Below are positions 1 to 13,093 of a stretch of DNA of 64,000 nt, piece after piece. The first letter of the stretch is position 1, and each line of letters opens with the position of its first letter. The stretch lies in NCBI RefSeq assembly GCF_018350175.1, contig NC_058383.1, forward strand, positions 28,026,001 to 28,090,000. The letters are read 5' to 3'. The translations under genes were made by a program, and so were the position numbers. This stretch comes from Felis catus (taxonomy: Eukaryota). The notes under the pieces are model-generated. The model had not been told where the DNA came from. It saw only the letters and a list, made by a program, of their open reading frames with translations, and searched no databases.

Positions 1-50
<50 letters not shown>

Positions 51-119
51 TCTGTCTGCCCCTCCCCTACTTGTGCTGTCTCTGTCTCTCTCTAAACAAA
101 CAAACAAACAAACAAAAAA
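1..119 (+). mobile_element. CAN-SINE 3' part, cut by window edge, with expanded (TC)n and (AAAC)n tail
   Basis: (TC)n followed by tgtctgcccctcccctacttgtgctgtctctgtctctctct and an A-rich tail, the standard CAN-SINE 3' layout. Confidence 0.85.
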
Positions 120-1529
120 GATAGAATGAGATCAGCAGCAAAAACTCCAACACAATCAACCAACTGCCAAATGACGTCTGCTGATTAAGTCTGCTATTGT
201 AGATTCTGCTCTTGCTTCCCAGGAGCAGCTGAGACATCGTGACCAGAAATACCAATCAAGGCAGGCATGCCCCAATCTCAAACCCCAAGGCCAGAAGCTG
301 ACAAAACCTTGCAAGCATCTGATTTCAACTACCAGGGTACACACCTGTTTTAATAAAATGACTCTTCCCACCCTGAGAATAAGCATCACTGACGTACAAC
401 AAAAGCTGACATTCAAAAAGAAAGCTCTAAGTCAGTAAGAAGATTATCCTGTCTGTTGAGTGCTTGCTACTTGCAAATCAAAAGACCAGACGCTCAGAAA
501 CCCCTGAAATAAGACTGAACATCAGACCCCCCGCCAGGCCACCCTTTTTACCATACAGCTAGAGAAACTGGGGCCCAGAGAGGGTAAGTGACTGAGGACA
601 GTCACGCAGCCGGTTTCCACCAGAGCTAGGAACAGACAACCAGATCTTCTGACTCCCTATGTAAGCTTCTTTCTAATATTCCAGGCTGGCTACAAATACA
701 ACCGTTACTTTACCCAATTAGCATCCCCTCCTTCACTGGTAACAGCATCTCTGCTTTCTTTGGGGCAAAAAAATATTTCTTTCATTTTTCATCCATGTAG
801 TTTGGGTAGAATTAACACCATCCCCTGGCACAAAGTGTAAGCACATGACCAGGACCGACCAATCACCATCTTCTACTTCCGTGGCCACAATAACTGGTTC
901 AGAGATGGGCACATGAGCCTTAATGTTCAATGAGGTCAGCCCCAAAGCTTCTGTCAAGACTCTTGGTAATATAAGTTCTTTTTCTAAGTTTTGTATTAAG
1001 CTTCACTAAGATAAATTGGGAGCTACTGATGACACCGGAAAGAACCTGACAATGGAGTTGACATGAATGAAAACAGAGCTGAAAGCTGACAGCTACAGAT
1101 CGGAGAGATTCCAGAGTACATCAGCTAAGCACCTGGACCCAGCCGTATCTGAAGTCCAGTAATATTTGTGGACTTGGGAGTTGCTTGCAAGGGGAGCAAG
1201 AGGTAAGTGTAAAAGTTTGGCTAATACAGCACCTCACCTCTCATCCAATTTCATGGACTACAAAAGACATTATCAATTAAAATTTACCAACAGCATTGAT
1301 GTCAAGGCCCTGCTACTTCAAAACAGAATTTTTCTACTCTTTAACTGCATGGCTTACAGAACTTCCTAATCCATTCTGTGTGTCAGCTTTTTTCTCTCTC
1401 AAATGAAGCATGTACAGTACACCTTCCTTGCCCTGGGGTGAAAGTCAGATTACTTTATCCAGGAAAGTAGAGAGAGGTATAAAGCATTATTATTTTCCAA
1501 GAAATCCCAGTACATAAGTCCAAGAATGT

Positions 1530-1770
1530 ATGAACAAGGGCTTCAGAGTCAGACTGATGGACTCAGATCTCAGCAACATCCCTGATGTGCTGTGTGCCCT
1601 TGGACAAGTCACCTAACCTCTCTGGCCCAGTTTCCTCGTCTGTAATAGGGAGACCCCAATCAAATCTACTGCATGGCATAGTTGTAGAAAACAACAGACA
1701 TAGAAAGTGCTTAGTTCACTTAGTTCTTGCACAGAATAAACACTCAAAATCTCCATTGAATGATTGTTGT
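1530..1770 (+). mobile_element. MIR (ancient SINE) fragment
   Basis: MIR core-like gctgtgtgcccttggacaagtcacctaacctctctggcccagtttcctcgtctgtaa. Confidence 0.7.
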
Positions 1771-2718
1771 CGATAACTATTTGTGGATACTGTATAAATG
1801 CTGATGATACCGTAACGAATGTTGCTAACGTTGTTACTGTCGAACCTTGTATTCTTCCACAAACACAACCTCCTCTAGCCAATAGGAAATTCTACTCCAC
1901 TATCCACCAGTCCCCTTAGCAGCTCCAGCTACATAGCTTGTCAAGGAAATGACTTAACATCTTCTTCAATCAGGACAACTTCAAGGAAGAAAAATAAAAC
2001 ACCACAAGCCTGCCTTCAACTGCCATTCAGGAAAGTTTCCCAATTACCACAACACTTCTGCACATCAAATATGAATTACTTTAATTGCCCCATAAGAACA
2101 CACTGTTGAAACATTTGACTTGCCCAGAACTAATTGTCTGTCAAAAAGATACTTTGCAGCCAAGCAAATTGCTTAATTGGACATCTAATTTAACTGAAAC
2201 CTTTTTCCCTACTTATTTCATGCTTTCCTCCCCTGTTTTTGCCAAATTGTGAATGCTAGGCACTGCTTTCAAAATCATTTTATTTGGGAAAAAAAGTCAT
2301 ATTGTCTTGGGGTTTTTTTTTTTCCTGTTATAAAAGTAATACATGTTCATTATAAAAAAAAACTGAAAACTTTTTTAATGCAAAAGGGGGGAAAAAAACA
2401 CAATTTCCCCTGGACTCAGTGTCCAGAAAAAGACTATCAAGATTTCAGCAAATTTCCTTTGAATTATTGTCTACAATAGATTGTCCTAGTTAACAAAAAC
2501 ATATATTCAATTTTGTAGGCTGAACTTACTTAACACTTTATGTTTTAAGGTGAACATTTCCACTTGCCATTCCAAGGCCTTCAGAACATTTTTAGAAACA
2601 GCAGAATATTTCGAACAACAGCCTGCTTAACCACCCAGTTAATGTGGGACTTTTTGGTTATTTACGAATAAATTTTTGCTCATCTTTCAGATATACTTTC
2701 CTTAGGGAAGAGTCTCCT

Positions 2719-3174
2719 TATTAGAAGACAACTGTCTTTGCGTCTCTCATGCTTCTGCACATCTTGCAACAGTTTTTGCTCCCGACTATCTTTACAGGGA
2801 TGTTTGTACAGCTAACAGCATAGGAAGACAGACGTAATAGAGCGGAAAGCAGATTTGCTGACCGGGATGATCAAGGACATGCCTCCCTCCAAGGCAAAGA
2901 TCGGGCAGCAACTTTACAAAAAGACTGGGATTCCTCGGCTAGGATGCCAACCTACTGTGTGTATGCTGTCCACCTGAATCTACCTCCATGTCACCTCCGA
3001 GGACCTTAGGAGCCCAGGGACAGGCACATGCTTCTCCCCCTGCCAGGAATAATAAAGTCCTTTGACTGTGACCCTGGAGTCTCATGCCTTCTGCCTGCAT
3101 CCACGAAAACTGTGGTAGGATAATTTGCTCACTTGTGTGCTGGGTAGTAACTCAGACCTCCAAAGTTCTTGACA
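2719..3174 (+). mobile_element. Solo LTR, LTR40-like (ERVL class)
   Basis: Ends ...gttcttgaca; AATAAA near 3050; flanked by 5-bp near-TSD CTCCT/CTCCA; body resembles the LTR40 consensus as recalled. Confidence 0.6.
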
Positions 3175-3700
3175 CTCCAGAAGTAAACATGAGAGGTCAA
3201 AGGGTATGAGCAACTGCCAAAACCCTTCATGCCGATTTCCAATTAGCTTTCCAAACTTGAATGTGAATCGTGGCCTAAAATGTGTCTTATCTTCAGGAAG
3301 AGATACACGTGCCTGATTTGAGTTCAGATGGCCTCTCCTCTGGAGCCCACACTGGCGTCAGCCCCCAATCTTCCTTACTGCTCTTTAAAAGGCTGCTTGC
3401 CTCACTACTCAAGTCCCTCAGTTGAGTGGACTCTCTTTTCTGGATTACTCTTCTGTGTAATAGAAAGTGGGCGTGAAGGAGAATAAAAGGGAAAAGGGGG
3501 GAACTTGTTTACTTTCTACCCAGCGCCAGCCACAATGCGGAGAACATTTTGATGAGATGGGAGGCATCCGTTATTACTACCTACCAAGCAGCTCCTGCTC
3601 TAAGCTTTCCTGGGACCTGCACGTTGGCCTCTGATCTGGCCACACAGGTGACCACGTGAACCAAGCCTAGCCAATCAGAGTTTTTCCCTGGCACTTTTCA

Positions 3701-3923
3701 TTTTTTAAAAAAATTTTTTAACGTTTATTTATGTTTTGAGACAGAGAGAGACAGAGCATGAACGGGGGAGGGTCAGAGAGAGAGGGAGACACAGAATCAG
3801 AAGCTGGCTCCAGGCTCTGAGCTGTCAGTACAGAGCCTGATGCGGGGCTTGAACTCACGCACGGCGAGATCATGACCTGAGCCAAAGTCGGACGCTTAAC
3901 CGACTGAGCCACCCAGGCGACCC
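3701..3923 (-). mobile_element. CAN-SINE (SINEC_Fc type)
   Basis: Full SINE on the minus strand; 16-bp TSD tccctggcacttttca at 3685-3700 and 3924-3939. Confidence 0.95.
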
Positions 3924-4569
3924 TCCCTGGCACTTTTCACATTGTAGCCATGTGAAGTCTCTTCCATTCTGCAAGAGGAAAGGTTACTGGAGCCATGGTT
4001 CTAGTTAAGTATAGGAAAGCAACCTGAAGAAACAAAGCCACCACGATGAAAACAGGTATGGGAGGCACAGGGAGATGGTTTATTACACACTTCTGGTTGT
4101 CCCTCTAACTCCACCCCTACCCCTCCCAGATTTGGTTATTGGAGTCAGTAAAGTCCCCTCCTATTGTCTAAATTACTTCTGATGAGTTTCTGTCCTTTGC
4201 AACCAAAATAATCCTATGAATAGTAGCTAGAATTCAGTGAGCATTTAATGTGCTATGCCCATTAGTCCCACCTCCCCATAAGCGTGGGAGGTACTTATAT
4301 CAACCCCCAATTTAGAAAAAGGGAAACTGACCTAAGTGAAATGACTTGCCCAGGGTCACTGAGCTAATAAAGGCCCAGAGTCTTCCCCACTGTTATGACA
4401 CTGACATATGACCTCTTCTCGTAGTGCTGGGGAAGACAGAGATGGGGAATAAAGGAAGAGAAGAAGTTCAGATGAGCACTAATTAGGTCACCCTCCATAA
4501 GACAAAAAGTGTGGGGAGGAGTGGGCCTGTTCAAATCCAGCCAGCTCTCACATGGTCAGAGGCAGGGTG

Positions 4570-4960
4570 GTGGCTATGGACTGAATTGTGGCCACCCCAA
4601 AATTCATACTGAAGCCCTAACCTCAGAATGTGACCAAATTTGGAGACACAGCATTGAAAGAGGTGATTAAGTTAACATGAGGCTCTTTGGGTGGGACTCT
4701 AGTCCAAGCGGACTGCCTGTCCTCGTAAGTAGACAAGGTTAGGACACAGAGAGACACCAGGGGCTCACACGCACAAAGGAAAGGCCATGTGAGGACACAG
4801 CTAGAAGGCAGTCACCTACAAGCTAGGGAGCGAGGCCTCAGAAAGAACAAAACCTGCCAACCCCTTGATCTCAGACAGCCAGCCTCTAGAGAAAAATAAA
4901 TTTCTGTTGTTTAAGCCGCCCAGCCTGTGTTTGGTATTCGTCCCCGCAGCCCCGGTACGT
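4570..4960 (+). mobile_element. MaLR LTR (MLT1A/B-like)
   Basis: gctatggactgaattgtg...aaaattcata...gaagccctaacc start; aataaatttctgttgtttaagccgcccag end motif. Confidence 0.8.
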
Positions 4961-5315
4961 GGTAACCCATCAGCACTTCTATCAGCTCCTGGCACACAGT
5001 AGGTACGCACACACGCACACACAAAGACTTTTAGAAGACAGAGTCAGTGGATGCTGCTTCCATGCTGATAGCAGGGCACGAATAACCGACGTTCACCCGG
5101 GGACCCTGGTTTGTTTTTGGTTTCGGCACCACCAGGCCCTCCATGCCCACTGGGGAAACTTGTTGCATGAACACCCTGTCACTTTAACAATCTACAGGTG
5201 ACTGTAGGAGAAGCTTCCAAATCAAATATAGACGAGGTGTTTGTCACCCGGAACCCTACCTGTATTTTGATATGGAAAGAAGTTCTAAATCATATTTTAA
5301 CTAGAGTGTGGGCAA

Positions 5316-5318
<3 letters not shown>

Positions 5319-5358
<40 letters not shown>
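5319..5358 (+). repeat. A40 homopolymer
   Basis: Uninterrupted run of A. Confidence 0.95.
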
Positions 5359-5360
<2 letters not shown>

Positions 5361-5477
5361 AAACCAGCCCAGACACGGAAAGGTGTCAGGTAAGGAACAG
5401 AGCTGCACTAAAATATCGGTCGAGGATTTACCAAGGGTGGGCCGTTGGGACCCGCCACTCTCTGATGGCAGGAATGC

Positions 5478-5478
<1 letters not shown>

Positions 5479-5516
<38 letters not shown>

Positions 5517-5542
5517 CGCACGCACGTGTCTGTGTGTGTGTG
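5479..5542. repeat. (TG)n-(CG/CA) alternating purine-pyrimidine microsatellite
   Basis: gtgtgt...gtgcgcgcacgcacgcacgtgtctgtgtgtgtgtg. Confidence 0.95.
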
Positions 5543-5783
5543 AAGCACAGGATGACAAACCCTGATGTCAGGCAAGGTGATGGAAGGAAAGGAAAGGACA
5601 GAATATTTTATGACTTGGGGAAATGCTTTTATGCTGAGAGGGAGCAACCCAAAGCTTCACGGTCACCCCAAAAGAAAATTAGGCCAGGTTTACGCATACA
5701 TTCAGGTCTCACAAACATGGACACATATGCATCCTTCTTCGCAATATTCAGAGGAGAACTCGGTTGTCTACTTCTCTGGAGAT

Positions 5784-6116
5784 CAGAGGCGAATTCGCCA
5801 TGACGCTAATGAAGCTTAGGCTTCTGGACCATTCTCTGGCAGGGGTCGCCCTCATGCTGTGCCCGTGGGAAGGGAAAGCCGGGCTGCAAGACGAAACCAC
5901 CTCCAGATTCACATTTCTGATTAATTACCTACAGAGATCTCGGAAGAGTGGAAATGTAAATACCAAAGGCTCCAGGGATTTGCTGTATTTTCTCATTCCA
6001 AACAAGTATTCTCTTTTGTGCCTAATTTTACACTCACAAGTCTGTTTATTTTTCCTAAAGAGAGGTCCCCAAATTGTGTCAGCTTCAGGCCCCACAAAAC
6101 CTGGATCCACTTCTGC
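5784..6116 (+). mobile_element. hAT-Tip100 DNA transposon fossil (Arthur1-like)
   Basis: 5' cagaggcgaattcgccatgacgctaatgaagcttaggcttc and 3' gcttcaggccccacaaaacctggatccacttctg match recalled Arthur1 termini; imperfect TIR cagaggcg...cacttctg. Confidence 0.6.
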
Positions 6117-6638
6117 CAAAGTAGTATGTTCTGCATGACATCTACAGAGACATTCTAGTTATTTCCAAGCACCTCTGATTTTTCTGACACCAAGACAGCT
6201 TTGACTTTGTATATCCCATTATGTAACTTTAAAGACCCTTAGGGGAAGCTAAGTCATGACCAGGGCCATAAACGCTCCAAGGCTGGATGAATTTGGGCAG
6301 AATGCGGTAGCAAGGATGTCCTAAAACAATTAATTACACTGATGGGAAGAACGGGAGGTGAGTCTATATCCAGGTGTCTCGGTCCTCAAGCCTTCAGCCT
6401 TCATGTGACCATCAAATCCTGGCCATAAATGGAGAATAGAGGAGAATTAAAACCATCACTGTTTTCTTACAGAGTTTACTTAACTAAGCCACTCTATCCT
6501 TCACTGACGGGTTTTTTAAAAAACAGTCAAAGTTATCTACTCTTTGCTATATAACAGCAAAAATAACAGCTAACATTCATCATCATCTACTGTTACAGGT
6601 TTCCTATTTTAATACTCAAAATAATCCCATGAAGCATT

Positions 6639-6842
6639 TTGTTTGTTTGTTTGTTTGTTTGTTTTTGAGAGACAGTACAAGTGGGGGAGAGGGGCAGAGA
6701 AGTAGAGACAGAGAGAATCTTAAGGCAGGCTCCACACTCAGCACGGAGCCCAATGTGGGGCTTGATCCCACAACCCCGAGATCACGACCTGAGCCAAAAT
6801 CAAGAGTCGGACTCTCAGCCAACTGAGCCACCCAGGCACCCC
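6639..6842 (-). mobile_element. CAN-SINE inserted in a MIR
   Basis: SINE body with (TTTG)n tail; TSD catgaagcatt on both sides. Confidence 0.9.
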
Positions 6843-8768
6843 CATGAAGCATTCTTATGACTCCAATTTCAGTGACGAGAAGGTAGAGCAAGGCTGAGAG
6901 AGCGTCGAGTCTATCCAAGGTCGCACAGCTAGCGACTGGAAAGTTGACCTTGATCCCTCTGATTTGAAAGTCTGTGATCATTCCTCTACCCTTCCCTCTT
7001 TGAATTCAATGACCACCTCCTGCATGCCTAACAGCTTATTACCAAGATGAGCAAGACTATGCTTCAGTAATAGACAACCCCTGAGGGGCAATAACTTAAA
7101 ACAACAAAATTTTATTTCTCACTACTGCACTTTCTTCCCAGGTCAGGCGGGGGCTCTGCTCGGTGCTGACCTCCCTCCCAGACCCAAGCACACACAGCGG
7201 CCACTATCTGGAATGCTGCCAGTATGTGCGGCAGAGAAAAGAGAGTCGGTGCCTCCCATACTGGCTCTTAAAGCTTCCACCTGAAAACGACAACCGTCAC
7301 TCCCGTGCCTTTGTCAATGGCCAAAGCCAGTCACGTGGTCATGTCCAACGCTGCTGGGGAATGGAGGGCCCTCCGTTTGCTCAAAAGACAGAGGCCCGGG
7401 AATACTTGGTAAGCAGCAGCGAGACTACCCTGGGGCTGAAACGACCTCACCATGTTTTACTCCCGTCCAGGTAGCACCAGGTGTCTTGCATCTGGCCTCC
7501 AACACAAAGGTGGGGAGGGGAGATGTATAATTACCTACAGTTGTCCAGAAAGACGTATTAAAAAGTGTGATTTGGGGATGTTTTCCTTCCAAGTGTTTCC
7601 CATTTGTCAGACTCTGTTGTTACAGCAGATAATTCTGTCAAGACCTCTCAAAACCCAGGCTGAGATTTATCTACCCATAACCCCCAAATTCCTCATTCAG
7701 AAGAAAAAGGATTCTACAAATATTTCCAGCCTCATGTCCTTGGGCATGACCTATTCTGACTCTCTAACATCCCCTGGTCAGGGCAAACCATGCTGAATTG
7801 AATCCGGAAGATGGTAGACGCCAGGACCCAGAGCTAATGGGACCCAGAAGACAAAGGCTGCCCAAATAAGTACCATCACCAGTAGTTACTGAATATTCTC
7901 TATCTGGCAAGTTGTATCATTACACATGTATTCATTCAATCAACCACTATGTACTGAATGGATACAGCACTGGAGTCACAAGCACAGCTCTGGAGCAAGA
8001 GGACTTCTGTCCAAATCCCTGCTCCCCTGCTAATTAGCTGTATGACTTCTCAGAGCCTCAGTCTCCCCATCTACAAAAATAAGGAACATAATACTTATCT
8101 ATTTCATTGGGTTGAGAGGATTAAATGAGCTAATATGTGCTGGGCACTTACAACACTGTTACCTCCTTACAAAGCACAATGTAAATATTTGTTATTATTA
8201 TTACCATATGCCAGACATTGTCCTATATAATGGAGAACACGGCAATGAATAGAAGAGAGAAGGCTGCTGTCCTTATGGTGCTTATAATCTAGTGAGGGAA
8301 GACACTTCATTAAGCAAGCAACCCCTGATCCAGCCATACCTAAAGCTAATGCTACATCCATGAACTTGCCGATTTCCTGACACATTCTTCTTCTTTGCCA
8401 ATTTCCTGAGGCATTAGGGCCGGTTCAAGCTGAGTCTCTCTCCATTGTGATCAAATGTGTCCTGATCAATTCAAAGCTCCAAAGCCTAAGCTCTTTCTAG
8501 TCTGCCTTTCGGCATCTTTTTAGCTGAGGGTCTGTCAGTTTGCACCTAATACCATCATCAGTGTGTCAAATCTGTTAAATCACCTAGTGAGGCCCCTGAA
8601 TATTCAAAGCAGTCTTTAGACAGAGTTGGAAACTATACACAGTAAATTATAACAAGCATGAAATGGAAGCATGGTGTGGCTCATTCCACAAGAGAGCAAT
8701 AAAATCTGTCTTGATGCCTAAAAGTTCTATAGAAACCATGACTGTGTCTTAAAATCATAAGTATACAT

Positions 8769-8803
<35 letters not shown>

Positions 8804-8832
8804 ATATATATATACGTGTGTGTGTATACGTA

Positions 8833-8864
<32 letters not shown>

Positions 8865-8918
8865 CATATATATATGTTCATATATATATATGTATATATA
8901 TATACACACACACACACA
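8769..8918. repeat. Compound (TG)n/(TA)n/(CA)n microsatellite
   Basis: Directly visible dinucleotide arrays. Confidence 0.95.
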
Positions 8919-9387
8919 CCTCATCCACTAACTAAATTAGATTTTCTCATGTTGTAATTAAGGCAGCCCTTAACATAAGAAGGGTAACTTCTTAATCACC
9001 AGGTAATCTCAACAATATAACGCATTTGTCTCACTCCTTGAGAGCACCCCCCCCCCCCGCCGCCACATCCAGAGAATGTCTGCCACCCTGAGGAGCAAAG
9101 AGCGAGGAAGATCGGAGAGTCAGGGGATGCCAGTGAAACATGCCTGGGTTTGGAGTCTCATGGGTCTAGTGTTGAATGTGGCCCCATCACTTGTTTACTG
9201 TGCACCTTAGTTCGGATCTCCCTTAAGACAAGCATGCAAGTGCAAGTGGTTTATTGAGGAAGAAAATGAGACGGGGTACAGAAGCGAGACAAGGGAGGGG
9301 AGGCAGACAGCGGAAAGCGAATCATCTAGCGAGTTGAATCCTGCAGGGAAACCCTTGGAGACAGAGAGGCAAAGGGTGAAACACATC

Positions 9388-9593
9388 TAGTCATGGGCTG
9401 GTTTACATTCAAGGAATGACTCTCCAAAAAAAAGAAAAGAAATAAGGAAATAAGGAAGGAAGGAAAGAAGGAAGGAAAGGAAAGGAAAGGAAAGGAAAGG
9501 AAAGGAAAGGAAAGGAAAGGAAAGGAAAGGAAAGGAAAGGAAGAAGGAAGGAAGGAAGGAAGGAAGGAAGGAAGGAAGGAAGGAAGGAAGGAA

Positions 9594-9661
<68 letters not shown>

Positions 9662-9822
9662 AAAAGAGAAAGAGACCCTGATATGTACTGTTTGCTCATT
9701 TCCATGGTGTAAACACCCCCACCCTGGCTGACTTCAAACTACCAACGTGATGACCTTGAACAAGGAGTTGGGGGAAGATGTGCACGACCAGCCCTCACAC
9801 ACTGTGAGCACGAGCTATCCAC
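9388..9822 (-). mobile_element. MER63-like hAT-Blackjack element with internal microsatellite expansion, nested in an LTR33-like LTR (about 9205-9990)
   Basis: ccctgatatgtactgtttgctcatttccatggtgtaaacacccccaccctggctgacttcaaactaccaacgtga matches the reverse MER63 consensus and the second copy at about 49440. Confidence 0.65.
9426..9675. repeat. Compound purine microsatellite (GGAAA)n-(GGAA)n-(GAAA)n
   Basis: About 250 bp of almost pure purine tract. Confidence 0.95.
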
Positions 9823-10054
9823 CAACAAACGTCAGCCCCCAAGAGAGGGACGCTCCCTGGCGGAGGTGTGACTTCGCCCAGACCTCCATGTGTCATGTGC
9901 TGAGCAAAGTCATCAAAGGCACTTGTGTGGATGAGCAGACACTCAGAGGTAAGAGTTAGGCTACATGGGAAACACTGAGAGCACCTGCCACCTTGTGTAA
10001 CTGTGGAAGATCCATTTCATGTCTCTGCCCTCAGCGCTCCGTCTGTAAAATGAG

Positions 10055-10540
10055 GACTCATTCACTCTCTGCACAAATGCTTATAGAGTGCTTACTATGC
10101 ACCAGGCACTGTTGAGGCCCCTGGGAATATGACCTTGAGCAACACTCACAAAGTCACTGTGATGGAGTTTACAGTCCAGTGGAGGAAACAGCCTCTAACC
10201 AGGCAAACCACAAAGGAATAAAGACCACTTCAGGGTCAGAGAGGGTGATGGGACCGAGATTAACTTGGAGGAAGGAACGTGAACAGGAAAACTTCCTGAA
10301 AGGGTACCATTTAGGGTACACATGTGAGTGTGTCCTGTGAAGAAGGTCTGGGAAAGAGCACTCGAGGCACAGGGAACTAACTGCACATACAAAAGCCTCA
10401 CGGTGGGAAAGCACTCGGCTTGTCCACACATGAGAATGCAGATCAGTGGGGCTGGGTGAGAACGAGTAGGTCAAAGCTAACAGGGGACGAGACCAGAGCT
10501 ACAGGAGTCGGTGCACAGGGTGTCTGTGCAGCTTCATGAG
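10055..10540 (-). mobile_element. L2 LINE 3' fragment
   Basis: cattcac...gagtgcttactatgcaccaggcactgttgaggcccctggg and tggagtttacagtccagtgg motifs typical of L2. Confidence 0.65.
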
Positions 10541-12274
10541 GGCCTGGGAGAACACACCCTTGAACATTTGTTATGAGGGTGAAATGAGCTCCCACGTGTC
10601 CACCAGGCAGGACCCATTTTATTAGCCCGGGAAACAGTCACATCTCTAGTTTCACCAATTAATTTCATGCCTTCCTACTATGCTTACTGGAGCAAGAAAT
10701 CTAGTATCTCCCTCTAGATTTCCCTTCCCATGGTCCAAAAATCCTGAAGCTTTAGTTAATCAAAATGTTACTTGCAAACTCCAAAGCCAGGGCGTCTCAT
10801 CCACTGATTGGCCACCTTGTTTTCATCCCCTCATCCCCAAGGCTGCCACAAGGTGTCGCTGCCGATGGCCAGTTCAGTAGCGTCAGGCTGGGCTGTCTGC
10901 CTAGGTGTCTGCTGATGGCCTACACAGTCCAGTCCCTACAAAGGACACAGTGGCCCCCCTCCACACTTGAGCTCCCAGAAGCCACCTCTTTGAACTTGTA
11001 TGCAAACACTCAAGCCCTGCAGCATATGCTCCCCGGGCCTTCAGGATCCTGTCTTACAGACCTGACTTGGGGCCATCTCAGTCTATTCCTAGTCTAGTGT
11101 AAATGGAGTCAACAGCTGGGACAGTCCCTCTCCTCTGGGGTACTTTCGCTTCTGGGGTTCTGCTTTCTTTCTCCACTAGCAGGCGTTAGTTGGGAATATT
11201 CCCATGTATCCAAATCTCTAAACTTCATAAAGATAGGGCTGGGACAGGAATGAGTAACACTTGATTTTCATGACTTTATTTTGTATTAAGCTTTCTTTTA
11301 CTCCATGCCTGGCCCTATGCTGAGGAATATAAATACATATTTACATAAATATAAATTCTGTTACTCATCACTATATCATCCCATTTGACAGATGAGAACA
11401 TTGAGACACAGGAAGATTAAAACAGTGGCCCAAGATCACATGCAAATAAGTAACAGAAGTATGATTTGAAGATAAGCAGTCTGACAAGACAGCCCAAGCT
11501 TTTAAGGACTATGCTCAATAGCCTCTCTGACCCACTTCCTACTAGGAAATTCTCTATGCCAAGTGATGCACCTTCTCCCCAGAAATCCTTTTTGGCACCA
11601 GAGATCTTGAAACAGCAGGCTTGCTCAGGTGCTTGGTTGCACTCTATTCCTAGAACGACTTGCAAAACAAAGAGGGTCAACACAAGTGACCCACCAAGTG
11701 ATAAAGCAATCTCAAGCATGTTTTCATCAGACATGCAACTCCAATTAACAAAAATCAATTTCTTGAAGTTTTTCTGGTCTTCAAAGGCTCAGCTGAGGTT
11801 GCCTGTTATGACCCTGAATTCTTGCCCAATCCGGAGAAGACAGGTAACAGCTTTCTTGATGTCAGAGGGACCCAGGTACAAAGGGCCGGCCAAGTCTAAT
11901 TAACACCATTGGAAATTCTTTGCCATGTCTTTGTGAATTTGAAGTTATAAAGACTGGCTTGATGTGTCCTAAGAGCCATGCTGGAACGCATTTATAATTC
12001 CTTTTTTTTTCCCCCCCACTTTCTTTGTGACAATTCCCAGCTTGGGAAAAAGTCTGGGTTTACACTGTTCTCTGCTGGGGGTAATTTGATTATGGGACCC
12101 CCTCACCTCCCACCAGCCAGCCGTGAAGTGGGTCACGGCACACACAGTCTCTGCCACAACTAACTTGTGGTTCAGCAACACCAGTGCCACAGGGAGGACA
12201 GACACACTGGATCACCCAGACTGATTCCCTTATCCACTGAACCTCCACTTTCTATCTATGAAACCGGATTAATC

Positions 12275-12830
12275 ATGGGTTCTATACTCCATGTTTTATG
12301 ATGCTTTGGCATTTGGGGGCCTTCTGGACTCAGGTGGGGACTGTCCCTCCCAGAGTTCACTAATTCCCACAAACAGAAAACAATTTTCCTTTGAGCATCT
12401 CTGAAATGTGAACCGATTAATCACCAATCCACATCACCCTATCCACCTTCTTTTATCATGTTCCTGCAGTCTGGGTCACTATGTCTCTGCCCTACATCAT
12501 ACCAAGGACAGGTACCAGACAACTAGGGGCCATCCCTGCAGCCCACATCCTTCGAAGGTTATTCAAAACAGCCAATCCTATGTTTGCTGCATGTACCGAC
12601 CTTGCCTTGTCCATGAAAACCACAGTAAATGCTTGGACCCATGCTTTCCCTTTGCTCCTCCTGCCTCCCGACAGGCCCTGGTGCTTCTCTACACAGCCCT
12701 CTACAGCAGGGCGTGCCCCGTCTAATGGGAACTGGAGGTAACAAACCACCTTCTCAGTGGCAACCGTCTTCTGAACTGTTGGCCTCACCAAACCTAAATA
12801 AAACCAAGATCTCAGTACGTTTTTAAAAAT
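12275..12830 (+). mobile_element. Solo LTR, MER74-like (ERVL)
   Basis: caggtaccagacaactagggg, ttattcaaaacagccaatcct, tgttggcctcaccaaacctaaataaaacc and end ttttaaaa resemble MER74A as recalled. Confidence 0.7.
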
Positions 12831-12840
12831 AAATGAGAAT

Positions 12841-13049
12841 GGGGCGCCTGGGTGGTGCAGTCGGTTAAGCGTCCGACTTCAGCCTGGTCACGATCTCGCG
12901 GTCCGTGAGTTCAGGCCCCGCGTCAGGCTCTGGGCTGATGGCTCAGAGCCTGGAGCCTGTTTCCGATTCTGTGTCTCCCTCTCTCTCTGCCCCTCCCCCG
13001 TTCATGCTCTGTCTCTCTCTGTCCCAAAAATAAATAAACGTTGGAAAAA

Positions 13050-13088
<39 letters not shown>

Positions 13089-13093
13089 ATATA
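12841..13093 (+). mobile_element. CAN-SINE, young felid subfamily
   Basis: ggggcgcctgggtggtgcagtcggttaagcgtccgacttcagcc.ggtcacgatctcgcggtccgtgag; (AAAT)n tail; TSD aaataaatgag. Confidence 0.95.

Noticed and set aside
5198..5803. 201-aa ORF with poly-K and VC repeats
   Set aside because: Open only because it reads through A40 and (TG)n tracts; no recognisable protein homology.
11466..11903. 145-aa plus-strand ORF and nearby possible exon
   Set aside because: Starts in MIR sequence, weak splice context, no recognisable homology.
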